A DNA stretch of 63,229 nucleotides, the filler included, from Planctomycetota bacterium (GTDB lineage: Bacteria > Planctomycetota > Planctomycetia > JALXBF01), in assembly GCA_026991575.1 (NCBI GenBank). It is 6 parts of 6 records of this genome, joined end to end, with 100 filler letters (N's around TTAATTAATTAA, not from the genome) between each part and the next. Parts side by side here need not be neighbours in the genome. Positions count along the whole stretch, not along the records: positions 1 to 2,700 come from JALXBF010000010.1; positions 2,801 to 11,815 come from JALXBF010000011.1; 4 more parts are not named here. One strand, written 5' to 3'. The notes under the pieces are model-generated. The model was not told where the DNA came from. It was given only the letters and a program-made list of their open reading frames with translations, and made no database searches. Shown here piece by piece: positions 1-9,159 of this stretch. Position numbers and translations under genes: made by a program. Each line of letters starts with the position of its first letter. The stretch's first letter is position 1.

Positions 1-327
1 CCGCGCGACGCTTCGCCCGTCAGCACGCACTTCTCGGGCCACGATCAGCTCTTCGTCGCTGTCCAGCAGCTCTTCGGCCGCGAGCATCTTGCGCAACGTC
101 TCGGCCCACGCGCCACGGATCAGGAAACGTCCCTCAACCATCGCCGCACGCGACCCGGCGCGGACGATGCTGCCATCGGCACGAGCTCCCATCAGCAACT
201 CCATCGCTTCAACCAACAGCGACTTGCCCGCTCCGGTCTCGCCCGTGAACACCACCAGGCCGTTGCCCAGCTCAAGCGCAACGTGCTCAAAGATCGCCAG
301 GTTCTGTACACGGAGCTCTGCCAGCAT
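1..327 (-). CDS. recN: DNA repair protein RecN, N-terminal part (runs off window start)
   Basis: Not in the ORF track. Manual translation from ATG at 327 gives MLAELRVQNLAIFEHVALELGNGLVVFTGETGAGKSLLVEAMELLMGARA (RecN Walker A); GGGAGG RBS upstream. Confidence 0.9.
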   Translation of the reverse strand, partial: MLAELRVQNLAIFEHVALELGNGLVVFTGETGAGKSLLVEAMELLMGARADGSIVRAGSRAAMVEGRFLIRGAWAETLRKMLAAEELLDSDEELIVAREVRADGRSVAR

Positions 328-486
328 GGCTGTTCCTCCCTGCTTGAGCTACCGGCGCAAGGATATGTGAACATTTGTTCAGCGTCAAGCCCACTTGAAC
401 CAGTCCGTGCTGGTCACCGAACGACGCTGCCGGTCTTTCCCCTAACCGCTTGGATTAGGCCATTGGCAGACCGGTTGCCGGCGTGG

Positions 487-1914
487 TTAGCCGAAGAGGA
501 GCTTCCAGCCCGTGAACGCACCGGCCGCCCCCAATGCCAGCGCGCTGGCCACAAGTCCCACGTCCCACAGCCGGGTGGGCCGCAGACCGGAGGGCACACG
601 ACGGAGCCGGAAATAGACGGCCACCGCGGCGATCATCGGAAGGGTTACGCTCTGTGCCAGCCCCCCCAACTGAACCATGAACACGGGCTTGCCCACGAGC
701 ACGTACAGCAGGAACGCAATCGCCGGGAACACGAAACAGAAGGCGCGGATAAGCATCAGCCGGTGACGGTGGTCCGAACGGGGATAGACGCCCATGACGT
801 ACAGGAAGTCGGTCGTTAGCCGCGCGTTTGCCGCCGAGGAGACGAATAGCGTTGAGAACAGCACGGCGATCGCGCCGACGACGAAAAGCACTCTGGCCCA
901 GAACTCCCCGAGCACCGGCGTGTACATGGCAATTAGCGAGGGTACTAGCCGGCTGCCTTCGCCGAGTCCCTGGCCGCCGAACACATCGAACAGCACACCT
1001 GCACCGAGAACGTAGAACGCCACGGTTGCCGTCGTGTAGATGACCATGCTGCCCCACGCATCCAGCCGCATCACCCTCAGCCACCCCCGCGCCCGCTCGA
1101 ACCACCCAGCGCTCCCATCTGGTGGCCCGGTCCAGCGTGCGTAGCCTTTCTCGATACACCAGTACGGATAGCTGATCAGTTCACTGGCTCCAACACCGGT
1201 GATGCCGAACATGGTCATCGCTTCACGCCAACTGTCAGAGGTGATCCGGAAGGTGAACCCTTCCAACAGGCGCGCGAAGGAAAACCCCTCATGGGCCCAC
1301 GGCAGCGCCACGACGCACGTAATGGTCATGAACGTAAAGAAGCACACCAGGACCAAGCTGACGTTCTGGACAATGCGGTAACTACCGGTCACCAGCAGGG
1401 CAATTGCCAGCACCGTTGTGACGACAGCCCAAGGCAGGGTCTGGGCCCGTGTCGCATCGTCCACAAACAGGCCGGACTGCTGCACGAACCCTCCCAGGCG
1501 CTCGGTTACCGCCGGGGTCAGCTGGCCGAACGCCTGGGCCACGCCGTCAACCATTGCACCGAGCTGGAAGAGCGTCATCAGCATCATGACCAGCCACCAG
1601 ATGACCAGCAGCTTGCCAACGGTCGGCACTGAGTGGAACGCTTCCAGCGTTGTCTTCCCACTGGCGATCGCGTACCGCCCGAGTTCGATTTGCACGAAGA
1701 CCTTGATGAAGCAGCTGAAGATGACGAGCCACAGCAGCACGAAACCGACTTTGGCGCCGAGGTCCGTGGTCGCGATCAGTTCGCCCGTGCCAACAATGGA
1801 TCCGGCCAGGATGATTCCCGGACCGATTTCTCGCAAGGCCTCCCGTAACGAGGCCGGGGGCTGACGTATCTCGGAGGGATCCAGCGCGTACGGATCGCGT
1901 AGCTCTTTGCTCAT
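487..1914 (-). CDS. Nramp/APC-superfamily transporter (MntH-like)
   Basis: 475 aa, about 11 TM segments, motif IGPGIILAGSIVGTGELIATT. Confidence 0.8.
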   Translation of the reverse strand: MSKELRDPYALDPSEIRQPPASLREALREIGPGIILAGSIVGTGELIATTDLGAKVGFVLLWLVIFSCFIKVFVQIELGRYAIASGKTTLEAFHSVPTVGKLLVIWWLVMMLMTLFQLGAMVDGVAQAFGQLTPAVTERLGGFVQQSGLFVDDATRAQTLPWAVVTTVLAIALLVTGSYRIVQNVSLVLVCFFTFMTITCVVALPWAHEGFSFARLLEGFTFRITSDSWREAMTMFGITGVGASELISYPYWCIEKGYARWTGPPDGSAGWFERARGWLRVMRLDAWGSMVIYTTATVAFYVLGAGVLFDVFGGQGLGEGSRLVPSLIAMYTPVLGEFWARVLFVVGAIAVLFSTLFVSSAANARLTTDFLYVMGVYPRSDHRHRLMLIRAFCFVFPAIAFLLYVLVGKPVFMVQLGGLAQSVTLPMIAAVAVYFRLRRVPSGLRPTRLWDVGLVASALALGAAGAFTGWKLLFG

Positions 1915-2124
1915 CCGGTATGCTCCCGTAGGCGTTGAGCCGCCCTCGCGCCGCTTCGCCCTGCCGCCCGACCGCTTCGCCTATCGCTGCGCCCCCCTAC
2001 CGTGGCCATAAGCTGCGGTAGCCGCACCGACCGCTGCCAGGGCAGAGCTCTGTTCAGCGATTCATGCCATGCAGGCGTTCGGTCAGCGACAGGCAAGCGT
2101 TTCAGCCAAGCCGCAGAGGCAGGG

Positions 2125-2700
2125 TTAGTGTAGCGGATTGAGCACCCGCAGACGAAGCAGCATCGGTAGCAGGAACAGATTGCCGGCCAGACCACCGAGC
2201 AAGGCAATCGAGATGAGGATACCGAAGTGGATGGTGGGGATGAAATTCGACAGGACCAACGCCGAAAAACCGACGACGATGGCCGTGTTGGCAAATAGCA
2301 GGGCAAGGCCAACCGAGTGATGGGTGCGTTCGATGGCCTCCTCAAAGCTGAGGCCGCCAAGACGCAGCAGTCGGAAGCGGTACACGTAGTGGATTGACGA
2401 ATCGACGGCCATACCAATCGACACGGCAGCTAGCATGGCGGTAGCCACGTTCAGCGGCAACCCAAACCATCCCATGGCGCCGACGACCATGGCAATCGGC
2501 GTGATGTTTGGCAACATGGCGAGCATGCCGAGCCGGATGCTACGGAATGCGGTGGTCAGCATGAGCAGACAGCCGATGGATGCAATGGCGAAGGTTCGCT
2601 TCTGGTCTTCCAGCAACCGGCCCACCAGGTGATAGAGCAGCACGTAATGGCCGGTGACGATCGGGTTGCCACGCAGACGATAGTACTGCTGCGTGTCGCG
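2125..2700 (-). CDS. MMPL/RND family transporter, C-terminal part (truncated by contig end)
   Basis: Motifs LPNITPI, SIGMAVDSSIHY and GFSALVLSNF; frame open to the contig edge at 2700. Confidence 0.85.
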   Translation of the reverse strand, partial: RDTQQYYRLRGNPIVTGHYVLLYHLVGRLLEDQKRTFAIASIGCLLMLTTAFRSIRLGMLAMLPNITPIAMVVGAMGWFGLPLNVATAMLAAVSIGMAVDSSIHYVYRFRLLRLGGLSFEEAIERTHHSVGLALLFANTAIVVGFSALVLSNFIPTIHFGILISIALLGGLAGNLFLLPMLLRLRVLNPLH

Positions 2701-2800
2701 NNNNNNNNNNNNNNNNNNNNNNNNNNNNNNNNNNNNNNNNNNNNTTAATTAATTAANNNNNNNNNNNNNNNNNNNNNNNNNNNNNNNNNNNNNNNNNNNN
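2701..2800. other. Artificial contig spacer (N run with TTAATTAATTAA)
   Basis: 100-nt N block with stops in all frames. Confidence 0.99.
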
Positions 2801-3101
2801 CCGCTGCCAGCCTCGGCAAGTGCTCGCAGATCTGGATACCCGGAACCTTTGTCTGGATCGGTCGGAACTCACCGCGGTACTGCTCGGGCGCCTCTGGCTT
2901 CATGTCAAACGTGTCCATGTGAGACGGGCCGCCCTGGAGGTAGACCAGGATGGCGCTCTCCGCCGTAGTGCCCGCCCGCCGCACCGCTCCGAGCGCCGTC
3001 AGCTGCAAGTATTGGCTCAGGCTCACGCCGAGTCCGGTGAGAGTCCCGACCTTCAGGAAGTCTCGTCGCGGAACACCGTCGCAGTACCAGTTCACAGCCA
3101 T
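2801..3101 (-). CDS. DUF1501 domain protein, N-terminal part (Tat-like leader)
   Basis: YCDGVPRRDFLKVG leader and ILVYLQGGPSHMDTFDMKP motif. Confidence 0.9.
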
Positions 3102-3150
3102 GGTCCGCTCCTTTGCCGTCGTTTCGGCGTCAGCCGGCGTGGTTACTGCC

Positions 3151-5889
3151 CTAGTGGTTCGTGCCGAACTCCTTCGTGTTGACCAGTGCCCAAAGTAGAT
3201 CTTCCAGGCCCCTGCGCAAGGAGTCCGCTTCGCGCAGATAGGCTATCGACCGGGTCATCTCCTGCTGATCTGGCTCGCGACTCAGCGTCCGCAGGAACGC
3301 GGATCGGACCAGCTTGCGCAACTGGCCGGTAGGCGGCTTCTTTGCCGCACGACGCTGTTGCTCCCGGCCGCTGTTTGCCGAGCCGCGATCGGAGAGAACC
3401 TGCAGCTTTTGGCGAATCTGAGCGATCCGCAGGCGGAGGAGTCGAGCTTGTCGGCTGCGCCGCTGGCGCTGGAGTTGCCGAACGCGCTTCTCCAGCAGCC
3501 GAACTGCCCGTTCCAGCCGCTGCCGTTCACGCTCGCTAGGCGGTCTGAGCCGGTCTTGGTTTGCGGCCGGAGCTGGCTGTTCGGCTCTGGCCACGGCCGC
3601 CGCCCAGCCGTCTGAGCGGCTGATCATGCCGAGCACCTCGCTGTCGTTCTGCAGCAGCAGCGTCTGCAACAGGTTTGGCTCATTGGAGCGTTCACAATCG
3701 CAATTGGTGCTCCGCGCCGGTTTGCCGAAGGCGGCAAGCAGGTACTGGGTGCCTCTGCTCCGGCGGAAGTCGACACCTTGGCCGCCGGCCAGTCCGATGG
3801 CTCGGTCGATCGGGTCATTGCGAAGCCTCTGCTCCAGTTCCGGGCCGGCCGTGGCAAGTTGCAGGGCGTCATAGAGGACTTCGGCCGGAAGCCGTCGGAT
3901 CAGGTAGCGGCTGAAGTTCCGTTGGTCGTGGACGTTGGTCTCATTGGGCTCGGCGCTAAGCTGGTAGGTTCTGCTGTTGAGGATCGTGCGGTGCAGCCAT
4001 TTCATGTCGTAGCCGCTACGGATGAAGCCGCGCACCAGGTAGTCCAGCAGCGGCTTGTTGCTCGGGGGGTTTCCGGCGCTGAGCTCGTCAGGTGGGTTGA
4101 CGATGCCGACACCGAAGTAGTGAGCCCAGACGCGATTGACGAACGCGGCAGCAAAGTACGGGTTATCTTCCTGCCGCAGCCACTCCATGAATGCTTCCCG
4201 CGGGTCGCTGTAGCGAGTCACGTCAACCACGTCACCGCCGAGCAGCTTCGGCTGCACAGCACGCTGGCGACCGCGACCACGCCCACGGCGGAGGAGGCTA
4301 CGGTTGACAAACACCTCACGCCACGGCACGGTCTTGCCCTGCCGCGCCAGCTGAAGGACGCGCCGCCGGAGCTGTCCGCCCCGTTGGCCTTCGAGCCCGA
4401 GTTCGCGTAGGAGAGCGCGCAGCTCAGGGCGACTCTCCGGCGCGTAGTTGTACGAGATCGGGGCAAACAGCGCGGCGAATTGTTCGAAGTCTCGCTTACT
4501 CCAGCGGTCGAATGGATGCTTGTGACACTGCGCGCACTCGATGCGCATGCCAAGAAATGCGTACGCGACCCAGATGGCACGGTCTGCCGGCTGCCGCATG
4601 TTGGTGCGCGCCCAGAAATGCGGCAGCGTGGGCCGCCGGCCGAATTCGGGCAGCTTCTCCGGCCGCAGGTAGCCGGTCATCTCCGCGCAGTACTCGCGGT
4701 AGCTCTGCCCGGGCTGCTTGCCCGTCGCCAGCACGATTCCTTCCACGATCTTGTCGTACGGCATGTTCGTTCTCACTCGGTGGTACATCCAATACCACCA
4801 CATCTCTGCCTGCTGGCGGCGGATGGCAGGCTCGCCCATCACGGCCGCGTTATTGCCCGTGATGTCGCACAGCTTCGTGGCCCACCAGGCTGCGTACTCG
4901 TCGCTGTCGAGCAACTCATCGATCTTGCGGGCCCGCTTGTCGGGCCTGGTATCGGAGAGGAATTCCAGGACCTCGGCCTCGGAGGGAAGCGTTCCGGTCA
5001 GATCGAGCCGCACGCGCCGGAGGAATTCAGCATCACTGCACAGCTTTGACGGCACAATGCCCAACTTGCGCAGCTTCGCAACCACCAGCCGGTCAATCTC
5101 CGTGGGGGTGGGCACGTCGGGATAACGGTCACCGGTGAGATCGGTAACCGGCAGCAGCACCGGCACCGGGGCAACGCCATTGTCGTAATAGACAACCACG
5201 TGCGTATCACCGCCACCGGTAGCCACCACGATCCCATCCTGGTTGACCTGTGCTACCGCGTCGTCCTTGACCTCGTAGCGGCACAGGGGCGTGACGTCCT
5301 CCACCGTCCCATCTGCCCAATGGGCAAGCACCCGGAGCTGGACCCGTTCGTTGACCCTCCCGAACACGATTTCGCTGGGTTCGACGGCAAGCCGGACCAA
5401 TTGGTGCGGCGGCTGCTTCGGCCCCGGTGCCCCGGCTTCGATCCAGCGCAGCAGCAGGTTATACTCCCAGCCGTCTACCTCCATGCGTTTGCCCCCCTTG
5501 TGGGGTTGGAGCATGGTTGGTTTTTCCAGGATCAGGCTTGCTTCGGGGTCATCGACACGCACGCGTTGATCCGACTCGCGCACCAGCGCACGGTAATCCG
5601 CTTGGAAGTCGTAGCCGAACAAGGACAGCCGAAATCCCCCCTGCCCCTGGAACGACCCGTGGCAGGCTCTGCCGTTACAACCGAGTCTGCCCAGCAGAGG
5701 CGCCACGTGGCGTTGGAAGTCGGGGACTTCGTCGGTGGTTGCATCCGCAAAGCGTGCGCTGACGGGGGCAAGGCCGCCCTCGGCGCCGCGACTGCCCGAG
5801 GCGCCGGCCCAGTAGACGGCAAGGCCCATGATGAGAGGAAGAACTCGCCTGCTCACGCTACCGCTCCTCCCGAGAGTTCTTGTCTGCAC
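3151..5889 (-). CDS. DUF1549/DUF1553 (PSCyt2/PSD1) protein with Ig-like domain
   Basis: Signal peptide, GCNGRACHG, FLRRVRLDLTGTLP, IECAQCHKHPFD and NPYFAAAFVNRVWAHYFGVGIV motifs. Confidence 0.92.
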   Translation of the reverse strand: MQTRTLGRSGSVSRRVLPLIMGLAVYWAGASGSRGAEGGLAPVSARFADATTDEVPDFQRHVAPLLGRLGCNGRACHGSFQGQGGFRLSLFGYDFQADYRALVRESDQRVRVDDPEASLILEKPTMLQPHKGGKRMEVDGWEYNLLLRWIEAGAPGPKQPPHQLVRLAVEPSEIVFGRVNERVQLRVLAHWADGTVEDVTPLCRYEVKDDAVAQVNQDGIVVATGGGDTHVVVYYDNGVAPVPVLLPVTDLTGDRYPDVPTPTEIDRLVVAKLRKLGIVPSKLCSDAEFLRRVRLDLTGTLPSEAEVLEFLSDTRPDKRARKIDELLDSDEYAAWWATKLCDITGNNAAVMGEPAIRRQQAEMWWYWMYHRVRTNMPYDKIVEGIVLATGKQPGQSYREYCAEMTGYLRPEKLPEFGRRPTLPHFWARTNMRQPADRAIWVAYAFLGMRIECAQCHKHPFDRWSKRDFEQFAALFAPISYNYAPESRPELRALLRELGLEGQRGGQLRRRVLQLARQGKTVPWREVFVNRSLLRRGRGRGRQRAVQPKLLGGDVVDVTRYSDPREAFMEWLRQEDNPYFAAAFVNRVWAHYFGVGIVNPPDELSAGNPPSNKPLLDYLVRGFIRSGYDMKWLHRTILNSRTYQLSAEPNETNVHDQRNFSRYLIRRLPAEVLYDALQLATAGPELEQRLRNDPIDRAIGLAGGQGVDFRRSRGTQYLLAAFGKPARSTNCDCERSNEPNLLQTLLLQNDSEVLGMISRSDGWAAAVARAEQPAPAANQDRLRPPSERERQRLERAVRLLEKRVRQLQRQRRSRQARLLRLRIAQIRQKLQVLSDRGSANSGREQQRRAAKKPPTGQLRKLVRSAFLRTLSREPDQQEMTRSIAYLREADSLRRGLEDLLWALVNTKEFGTNH

Positions 5890-6670
5890 CGTCCGGCTCA
5901 GCCGCCGGCCGCACCTGCCGGCTGCGCTTGGGGCCCGTTACGCTCGCATCGCCACGCATCTGGCGGCGTCTCTGGCGTGCGGTGGCGTGCTCGGCTTCCT
6001 TCTGCCGCTTCAACCGCCCGACTTCCCGGCGTAGATTCGCCTCCGAACGGCGCAGGCTCTCTTCGAGCCCTTTCAGCCGCTGCTTGAGTTTGTGACGCGC
6101 GGTGCGGACCGTTCCCTTCAGCCGCTTCAACCGCTGCTCGACTTCCCGGTCCAGATTCGCCTCCGAGCGGCGCAGGTTCTCCTCGAGCTCTTCAAGCCGC
6201 TGCTTCAGTCGGTCGCGGAGAAACTTCTGCAGTGCGATGCGAGCACGGAGCTGCTCGCGGATCGCCGCACGCAGCTCCGTTTCCAGAGCTGGATCGTCGC
6301 CCATACCCAGGCGGGCGGCAAGCAGCTTGACCTTCATGCTCGCCTTCCAGACGGCAAGCTCCAGTTCGTAGCGGCGTGGGTCGCGCTTCTGCAGCGCCTT
6401 CAGCTGCCGCACGGTGCGTGTCAGCTCGCGCAACGCGACCCGGTACTGTTGCGGTCGCGTTCGGCGGAGCGCGTCCAGCACACGCGCGAGCTCGGCGTAG
6501 TGCTGGCGGGCAAACGTCAACGCCTCCTGCTCCATCTGCGCCGTCACCGCCCGGCCCCGCGTCGGCCGCCCGTCGCGCCGCTTCCCGCCGTCACCGGCCA
6601 GCACGGCGAACGACAACAACACCAGGACAAGACCGACTCCTGCACCAATTCCCCGTATCAGCCGGTTCAT
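5858..6670 (-). CDS. Exported/membrane-anchored coiled-coil protein with internal duplication
   Basis: N-terminal hydrophobic leader, charged helical body; overlaps both neighbours in the operon. Confidence 0.75.
   Translation of the reverse strand: MNRLIRGIGAGVGLVLVLLSFAVLAGDGGKRRDGRPTRGRAVTAQMEQEALTFARQHYAELARVLDALRRTRPQQYRVALRELTRTVRQLKALQKRDPRRYELELAVWKASMKVKLLAARLGMGDDPALETELRAAIREQLRARIALQKFLRDRLKQRLEELEENLRRSEANLDREVEQRLKRLKGTVRTARHKLKQRLKGLEESLRRSEANLRREVGRLKRQKEAEHATARQRRRQMRGDASVTGPKRSRQVRPAAEPDGADKNSREER
6004..6208. repeat. Imperfect ~85-bp direct duplication within CDS
   Basis: 6004-6088 resembles 6121-6208; encodes LKQRL..LEE.LRRSEANL.REV..LKR twice. Confidence 0.85.
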
Positions 6671-7173
6671 CGCCAGTGTGCCTCCTCAACGCCAGCCAGC
6701 AGCCATTCGGGCACGGTCATCTCGTCCGCGGGCTCCAGCATGCTGTCCGCCTCAAGCCAGTCCAGTTCCGCCGGCTGCTGCTCGTCCTCGCTGGCCAGAT
6801 CGGCCCACAGTGCGGCTACTGGTGCCAGTGCCCGATCGGCGACCGGCTTCTTTTGACCGACTGCCCAGAGGGCCAACAGGGCCAGCAGCAGGACCGTAGA
6901 AAGAACGGCAAGGGTCCCAGCCAGCGTGGCACTGGAACTCGTGGGCAGCGTGCGAATGGGAGTCGAGTGCGCGTCCACTGGCTGGGACCGACTTGCCCTG
7001 ATTGCGTCCACTAGCGCCACGGCCTCGGCCACCGCTTCGCGCGCCGGCTGACTATGGCCAAGCAGCTCTTCGAACGCCAGGCGTTGCTCGAGCGGCAGCT
7101 CATCAAGCACGTAGCAGACAGCCGTCCACCAGAGATCGGTTTGTTTCGCGCTGTTGTGGTCCATCGGCCTCAA
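6667..7173 (-). CDS. Putative anti-sigma factor (single TM)
   Basis: Directly downstream of the ECF sigma gene; N-terminal YVLDEL..EQRLAFEELL helices, then one TM. Confidence 0.7.
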   Translation of the reverse strand: MRPMDHNSAKQTDLWWTAVCYVLDELPLEQRLAFEELLGHSQPAREAVAEAVALVDAIRASRSQPVDAHSTPIRTLPTSSSATLAGTLAVLSTVLLLALLALWAVGQKKPVADRALAPVAALWADLASEDEQQPAELDWLEADSMLEPADEMTVPEWLLAGVEEAHWR

Positions 7174-7179
7174 TGTCCC

Positions 7180-7707
7180 TCATAGCGTGTCGGCTTCGTC
7201 CGGAGGACGCAGAGCGTCCCGCAGCTTGCGCAGCGCCAGCCTCATGCGGGTCAGGACCGTACCGAGCGGTACGCCCTGCTCGGCAGCAATCTGGGCAAAC
7301 GTCTTGTCACGATAGATCCGCTCCTGCACGACCATCCGCTGTGGCTCGGGCAATCGTTCGATCAGGCGCCGCAGCCGATCGGCCCGCTCGCGTTGCAGCA
7401 GGGCGTCATCGGGGGCAAGCTCCGGCGACGCAGCGGTGCGCCGTGACCGTCGGAACCGCTCGGCCACGCCCTCGCGGCGCCGCAGCGCAACCGCTTCGCG
7501 GTACGCAACCTGAAAGAGCCAGCTTCGCAGAGCCGACGGTGCCACCTCCGCGCCCCGCTCGGTGAGCCGCAGGAACGTAGTCTGGAGGACATCCAGCGCC
7601 GCCTGCTCGTTGCGGAGCACGCCGCGCAGGAAACGCAACAGGTCCGATGCGTGCTGCCGATAGAGCTCCTCGACGCTGGCAGCGTCCAGTCGGTTGTCGT
7701 CTCCCAC
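7180..7707 (-). CDS. ECF RNA polymerase sigma-70 factor
   Basis: Region 2 DVLQTTFLRL..LRSWLFQVA; region 4 TFAQIAAEQGVPLGTVLTRMRLAL. Confidence 0.93.
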   Translation of the reverse strand: MGDDNRLDAASVEELYRQHASDLLRFLRGVLRNEQAALDVLQTTFLRLTERGAEVAPSALRSWLFQVAYREAVALRRREGVAERFRRSRRTAASPELAPDDALLQRERADRLRRLIERLPEPQRMVVQERIYRDKTFAQIAAEQGVPLGTVLTRMRLALRKLRDALRPPDEADTL

Positions 7708-7911
7708 CGGTTCACGCTCGTCTCTGAGTTGAGCCTCCGCGCGGGCTCGGCCACCGAGCCGCAGTCGCCTGTCCGTCCGTACGATAGGATGCGCAGCAAG
7801 GCCGGATTATTTTCCGCCCGCACCATCCCCGCGGCCTTCAGCTGCGTATGAAAGGCAGCGGCTGCCGGAGCAGCGTCCCGCGGGCCGAACGCACAGGTTC
7901 TGAGATCTGCG

Positions 7912-9159
7912 ATGACCGAAGGCACCCAGCCCAGTACCGGTCGTGCCAAGGCACTGGCGTGGACGTTCTGCGCGGCGCTGGTCTTCGGCGCCGCGATGTA
8001 CGTGGGAATGCAACTGCGTGCACCGACCCAGTCCCCTGCCCTCGTTTCAGAGGCCGACGAGTACCGTTACTTCCGACAGGTGCGCCGGCTGGTGGAGCAG
8101 CGACGTTACAACGAAGCGCTCCGCCGCCTGGCAGCGGTCCCGGATCACAGCCCGCTGGCCGCCGAGGCGCGGTTTCGCCAGGGTCAGATCTACCACCGTC
8201 TGCACCGCTGGTCGCTGGCGGAGCAACTCTGGAAGAAAGCCCTGCAGCTTGATCCTAAGTTGCCCGAGGTCGGCTGGTATCTGATCGAAATGTATTTCGT
8301 CGAAGAACGGCTCAAAGAGGCGGCCGAGTTTGCGCTGCAGCAGTTCCGGATCGAGCCGGAACCGCACGATCGCGTGCTGTGGTTGCTGGAGATCGTGCGG
8401 CAGGAACACGAACGGATTGCCCCCGGCGAAGCGATCCGGATGCTGGAACCGGTCCGCCTGCATGATCCGGCAAACTATTACGTCCTTCGCCTTATCGGCC
8501 GCAACTACATCATGCTGGGGCGAGTCTCAGAAGGAATTGACCTATTGAACGAAGCGCTCCAACTCAACCCGGACGACCTCGACACGTGGTTCTTTCTGGT
8601 GTGGGCACTGTACGAGCAGGGCGAATTCGGTCGCGTGGGCAAGTTGTGGCAGGTTGTGCCGGCGGCAGCTTGGCAGGATGCCCGCTTCCTGCGCTACCAC
8701 GGCATGTGGCTGGAAACCCAAGGCCGTCAGCAGGAGGCGCTGGCACAGTACCTGAAGGGGATCCAGCTGGCACCGTTTGACCGCAAGCTGCGCTACCAGC
8801 TGGCTCAACTGCTGCGCCGCCAGGGCCGGGCCGACGAGGCGGACCGCCACGCCCAGAAGGCGGTGGCCATCGACGACGCGCGCGAACGACTCGGGCAACT
8901 CTTCCAGCGGACGCGCGCGATTCAGAACGACCCGCTCCCTGAAGTTTGCCTCGAATTCGCACGGTGCTGGGAGGAAATGGGCCGAGCGGAACAGGCGGCC
9001 GCCTGGCGGGAAGAAGCCGCATTCCGGGCGAGCCGCAAGATGGGGCGCCCGCTGGCAGGGGTGGTGCACACGGCAACCAGCACCGGCTCAGCAAGCCCCT
9101 CATCACGGGCCCAGCAGAACGTGACGCAACGCGTAGATCGGGGGAAGCGCGGTGACTAA
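7912..9159 (+). CDS. Membrane-anchored tetratricopeptide repeat protein
   Basis: N-terminal TM and multiple TPRs (ALQLDP, ALQLNP, IQLAP). Confidence 0.85.
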   Translation: MTEGTQPSTGRAKALAWTFCAALVFGAAMYVGMQLRAPTQSPALVSEADEYRYFRQVRRLVEQRRYNEALRRLAAVPDHSPLAAEARFRQGQIYHRLHRWSLAEQLWKKALQLDPKLPEVGWYLIEMYFVEERLKEAAEFALQQFRIEPEPHDRVLWLLEIVRQEHERIAPGEAIRMLEPVRLHDPANYYVLRLIGRNYIMLGRVSEGIDLLNEALQLNPDDLDTWFFLVWALYEQGEFGRVGKLWQVVPAAAWQDARFLRYHGMWLETQGRQQEALAQYLKGIQLAPFDRKLRYQLAQLLRRQGRADEADRHAQKAVAIDDARERLGQLFQRTRAIQNDPLPEVCLEFARCWEEMGRAEQAAAWREEAAFRASRKMGRPLAGVVHTATSTGSASPSSRAQQNVTQRVDRGKRGD

